IMG/VR virus record: IMGVR_UViG_3300034155_000027
Coordinates: 1-64,000 of that record
Origin: a virus
Lineage: Duplodnaviria > Caudoviricetes
Reading direction: 5' to 3' (one strand)
DNA length: 64,000 nt
The notes beneath the pieces were generated by a model. That model did no database searches. It was given only the letters and a program-made list of their open reading frames with translations, and was not told the origin of the DNA. Every line of letters begins with the position of its first letter. The stretch's first letter is position 1. The position numbers were made by a program, and so were the translations under genes. Below are positions 61,934-64,000 of the stretch, one piece after another.

Positions 61934-62330
61934 ATGCTTTTTTATTGGAAGAGATTTAATAGAAAGATTGCAAATTGGAGTTATTATCAATTGGAACAAT
62001 TGATAATATACAAAGCAGAAGCAATTGGGAAGAAAGTAGAATATGTAGATCCAAGATTTACAAGTCAGAGGTGCAATTCTTGCGGGCACATAGCGCGCAA
62101 GAATCGCAATGGTGATAAATTCCTATGTGAAAAATGTGGGCATGAAGATGGATCAGATATTAATGCGGCAAAGAATATAAGGGATTTATGGCTAGAAGCC
62201 AAAAATCCAGCTAATAAAATTAGCAATCCCGAAAGGGCAGGTACAAGTCAAAGTACCATATGTCTCCCGAGCTGGCGAAAGCCAGCGAGGGATTTGACAA
62301 GCCTAGGGGCTAGTCCCCTAGGTAATTGAC
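61934..62330 (+). mobile_element. tnpB: 5'-truncated tnpB remnant with intact right end
   Basis: WSYYQLEQLIIYKAE, VDPRFTSQRCNSCG..CEKCG, DINAAKNI; no RuvC-I/II. Right end reads CAAG-CCTAGGGG-CTAGT-CCCCTAGG-TAAT-TGAC (ends 62330). Confidence 0.85.
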
Positions 62331-62350
62331 TGTTACTTAATTATTTATAT
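62195..62350 (+). ncRNA. omega/reRNA-like structured RNA of the tnpB remnant
   Basis: GCTAAT-AAA-ATTAGC, CCC-GAAA-GGG, GCTGGC-GAAA-GCCAGC and the perfect 8-bp right-end hairpin. Confidence 0.55.
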
Positions 62351-62394
62351 ATCATAAAATAAATTACCGTAATAATTGCATTATTAATTTTTGA

Positions 62395-63948
62395 TTATCT
62401 AATATTATCATCTCGTTGCATTGCGGCTGCTGGAACAACAAATCCAGCTTTGGTTAAATCAACAAAGTATTGGATTATTTCAGTGTAGGCAGATCCTATA
62501 ACGATTAAAGCTCTACGTGGGCGAATAATATTATAGTTAGCCACCCAACTGGTCCCTGTAGATGATTCTATTCCGTCGATTTCATCAGTGGAAATTCCAC
62601 CAACACGTATGAGTGTTAGTTTCGAATCGGAGTCCGTTGTCGGCTCGGAAAGCTCACCATTTATGTTATTAGTTACTGTAACCACAGTTCCGTCAACAAC
62701 AGCAGAAAACCCAGTGATTGTTTCGGCCACAGTCTGTAGCGAAGTGGCCACGTCCGACGTATTATCATCTACAGCAATCGTCACTTCATGGCCTGTTCCA
62801 CCAGGAGCAGGATCATTACCAGTATAGTCGTAGTTAAACCAAAAGTAATGGTTAGCTGGGTCTGGATTACCTTGAATATGGAACTCAATAATGGTTTCAT
62901 TTAACGCTGAAACTATCACGCCATCAAAATCAACCTTCCATACTTGCCCGTGTGGTTGCTCGTAAACGCGCACCTCACTACCAGCTGTGAGACCTTGGAA
63001 TTCTATTGTTGCAGTGATAGGCTCTTGTACTGTCCCATCAGAAGCAATTAGTGAATACTTCACGTTAATAGCTACATTAGTCGGGAACCACCCACGCTCA
63101 AAATACAACACCCCAGCAGTCAGGGTTACGATTGGTCTCTTAGGATTTTCTACATAAACACCATTGAGCGACCGAAAGCGCCAACCAGGAGTCGAGTCGA
63201 TAGAAGCAGTTGAATTTTCTGAGATGAGCCACATCGCCGCATCATATATTTCCTGAGCGTTCTTACCGTTGGTGTCAAATTCGGCATCGTAATTTTTGGC
63301 ACCATTACCATTACCCAAGTCATGGGAAACAGTTCCAACCGTGGTCCCCATCCCAGTTAATAACACGGCGGCTTGCGCTTCGGTTGCCGAAACCAGCGAG
63401 TCAATTTCTGTAGAGATGGCAACGAACTGTTCGGAACCGGGGGATAGGTTGGCATCACTGTGGCTACCTGTCTGGCCATACTTGCGCGAGAATATTGTGA
63501 CAATTCCTGAGTCGATAAATACACCTTCGGTCTTCACCTTGATCAACGTACGAACATGCCCACCACCCCACCAGGCGGATACCTTGCTACCGTTCTGTAC
63601 GATATACATAGGAGAAGCTGAAACAATTGGTCCGCTTGTGTGGATTCCAGTGTAGAGAGTGTCTCCGCCCTCCTGGGATATAGATCCAAAGTACAAATAG
63701 TGACTAGTAGTGTCGTCGATATTGTATTCAACACCACGAGGACCCGAGTTGAGAAGTATTACCATAGCGGGAACAAAAGGATCTCTAATACCCGCCAGCT
63801 TCGAGGGGACATCTTTGCGTTTTCCGTCTGCGTCATCAGAACGATCTGCTAACCACACATGCAAGTCTAGAACAGAATCCGAAGTACTTCCCGAGGCATA
63901 TCGGATCGCGCCTGTGGTAAAGTTGACGGTGTATGAGTTAGTTGTCAT
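62395..63948 (-). CDS. Putative virion appendage structural protein, GC-rich
   Basis: 517 aa, beta-rich; GLTAGSEVRVY; related to 60015..61376; GC visibly much higher than the rest of the window. Confidence 0.55.
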   Translation of the reverse strand: MTTNSYTVNFTTGAIRYASGSTSDSVLDLHVWLADRSDDADGKRKDVPSKLAGIRDPFVPAMVILLNSGPRGVEYNIDDTTSHYLYFGSISQEGGDTLYTGIHTSGPIVSASPMYIVQNGSKVSAWWGGGHVRTLIKVKTEGVFIDSGIVTIFSRKYGQTGSHSDANLSPGSEQFVAISTEIDSLVSATEAQAAVLLTGMGTTVGTVSHDLGNGNGAKNYDAEFDTNGKNAQEIYDAAMWLISENSTASIDSTPGWRFRSLNGVYVENPKRPIVTLTAGVLYFERGWFPTNVAINVKYSLIASDGTVQEPITATIEFQGLTAGSEVRVYEQPHGQVWKVDFDGVIVSALNETIIEFHIQGNPDPANHYFWFNYDYTGNDPAPGGTGHEVTIAVDDNTSDVATSLQTVAETITGFSAVVDGTVVTVTNNINGELSEPTTDSDSKLTLIRVGGISTDEIDGIESSTGTSWVANYNIIRPRRALIVIGSAYTEIIQYFVDLTKAGFVVPAAAMQRDDNIR

Positions 63949-64000
63949 CAGATTTGATCCTCTCGAGTCATTGCGACAACTATGATTTGACTCACGCCGG
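63948..64000 (-). CDS. 3' end of an upstream gene, possibly another appendage paralog
   Basis: GVSQIIVVAMTREDQI* with TGATG overlap; resembles the C-terminus AAMQRDDNIR of the next gene. Confidence 0.35.
   Translation of the reverse strand, partial: GVSQIIVVAMTREDQI

Noticed and set aside
2212-63985. The many 60-175 aa track ORFs nested in or antisense to long genes (e.g. 11089..11613, 29983..30423, 36643..37032, 63296..63655)
   Set aside because: They overlap well-supported genes, have no motifs, and show composition typical of shadow frames.
1-64000. CRISPR array, tRNA or rRNA genes
   Set aside because: No regularly spaced repeats or cloverleaf-like sequences were seen, and intergenic gaps are mostly too short. 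Not machine-scanned.
1-64000. Stop-codon reassignment as in some large phages
   Set aside because: Long genes tile the window under the standard code and end in TAA, TAG and TGA.
48897-64000. Diversity-generating retroelement or invertible fibre cassette
   Set aside because: No reverse transcriptase, recombinase or TR/VR repeat pair was seen.

Overview
This is a 64 kb, very AT-rich segment best explained as a large (jumbo-type) contractile-tailed bacteriophage genome, with almost all genes on the - strand. Bases 1-15.4 kb hold a dense glycan-biosynthesis cluster: an intein-interrupted GDP-mannose 4,6-dehydratase missed by the ORF track, a perosamine-synthase-like aminotransferase, about 13 glycosyltransferase-like genes (GT2, GT4, GT10, GT11, CgeB-like, GT9-like) and a frameshifted double HNH-like nuclease. 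Bases 15.4-64 kb form a myovirus tail module: baseplate wedge and J-like proteins, spike, hub, tube initiator, tape measure, a chaperone with a probable programmed +1 frameshift, tube, sheath, tail completion, fibre/tailspike, neck protein and three related appendage proteins. This module is interrupted by an IS605 (tnpA+tnpB) element, a tnpB remnant that keeps its right end and omega-RNA, and a CX5R phosphatase. The strongest unexplained signal is the tripeptide DGY. I count about 34 copies by hand, some tandem (DGYDGYDGY), in predicted outer virion proteins and none in the tube, tape measure, hub or spike. Next to the glycosyltransferase cluster and the tyrosine-type phosphatase, this suggests a phage-encoded, sequon-directed virion protein modification (tyrosine glycosylation) system. 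All calls come from reading motifs by eye; no searches were run.
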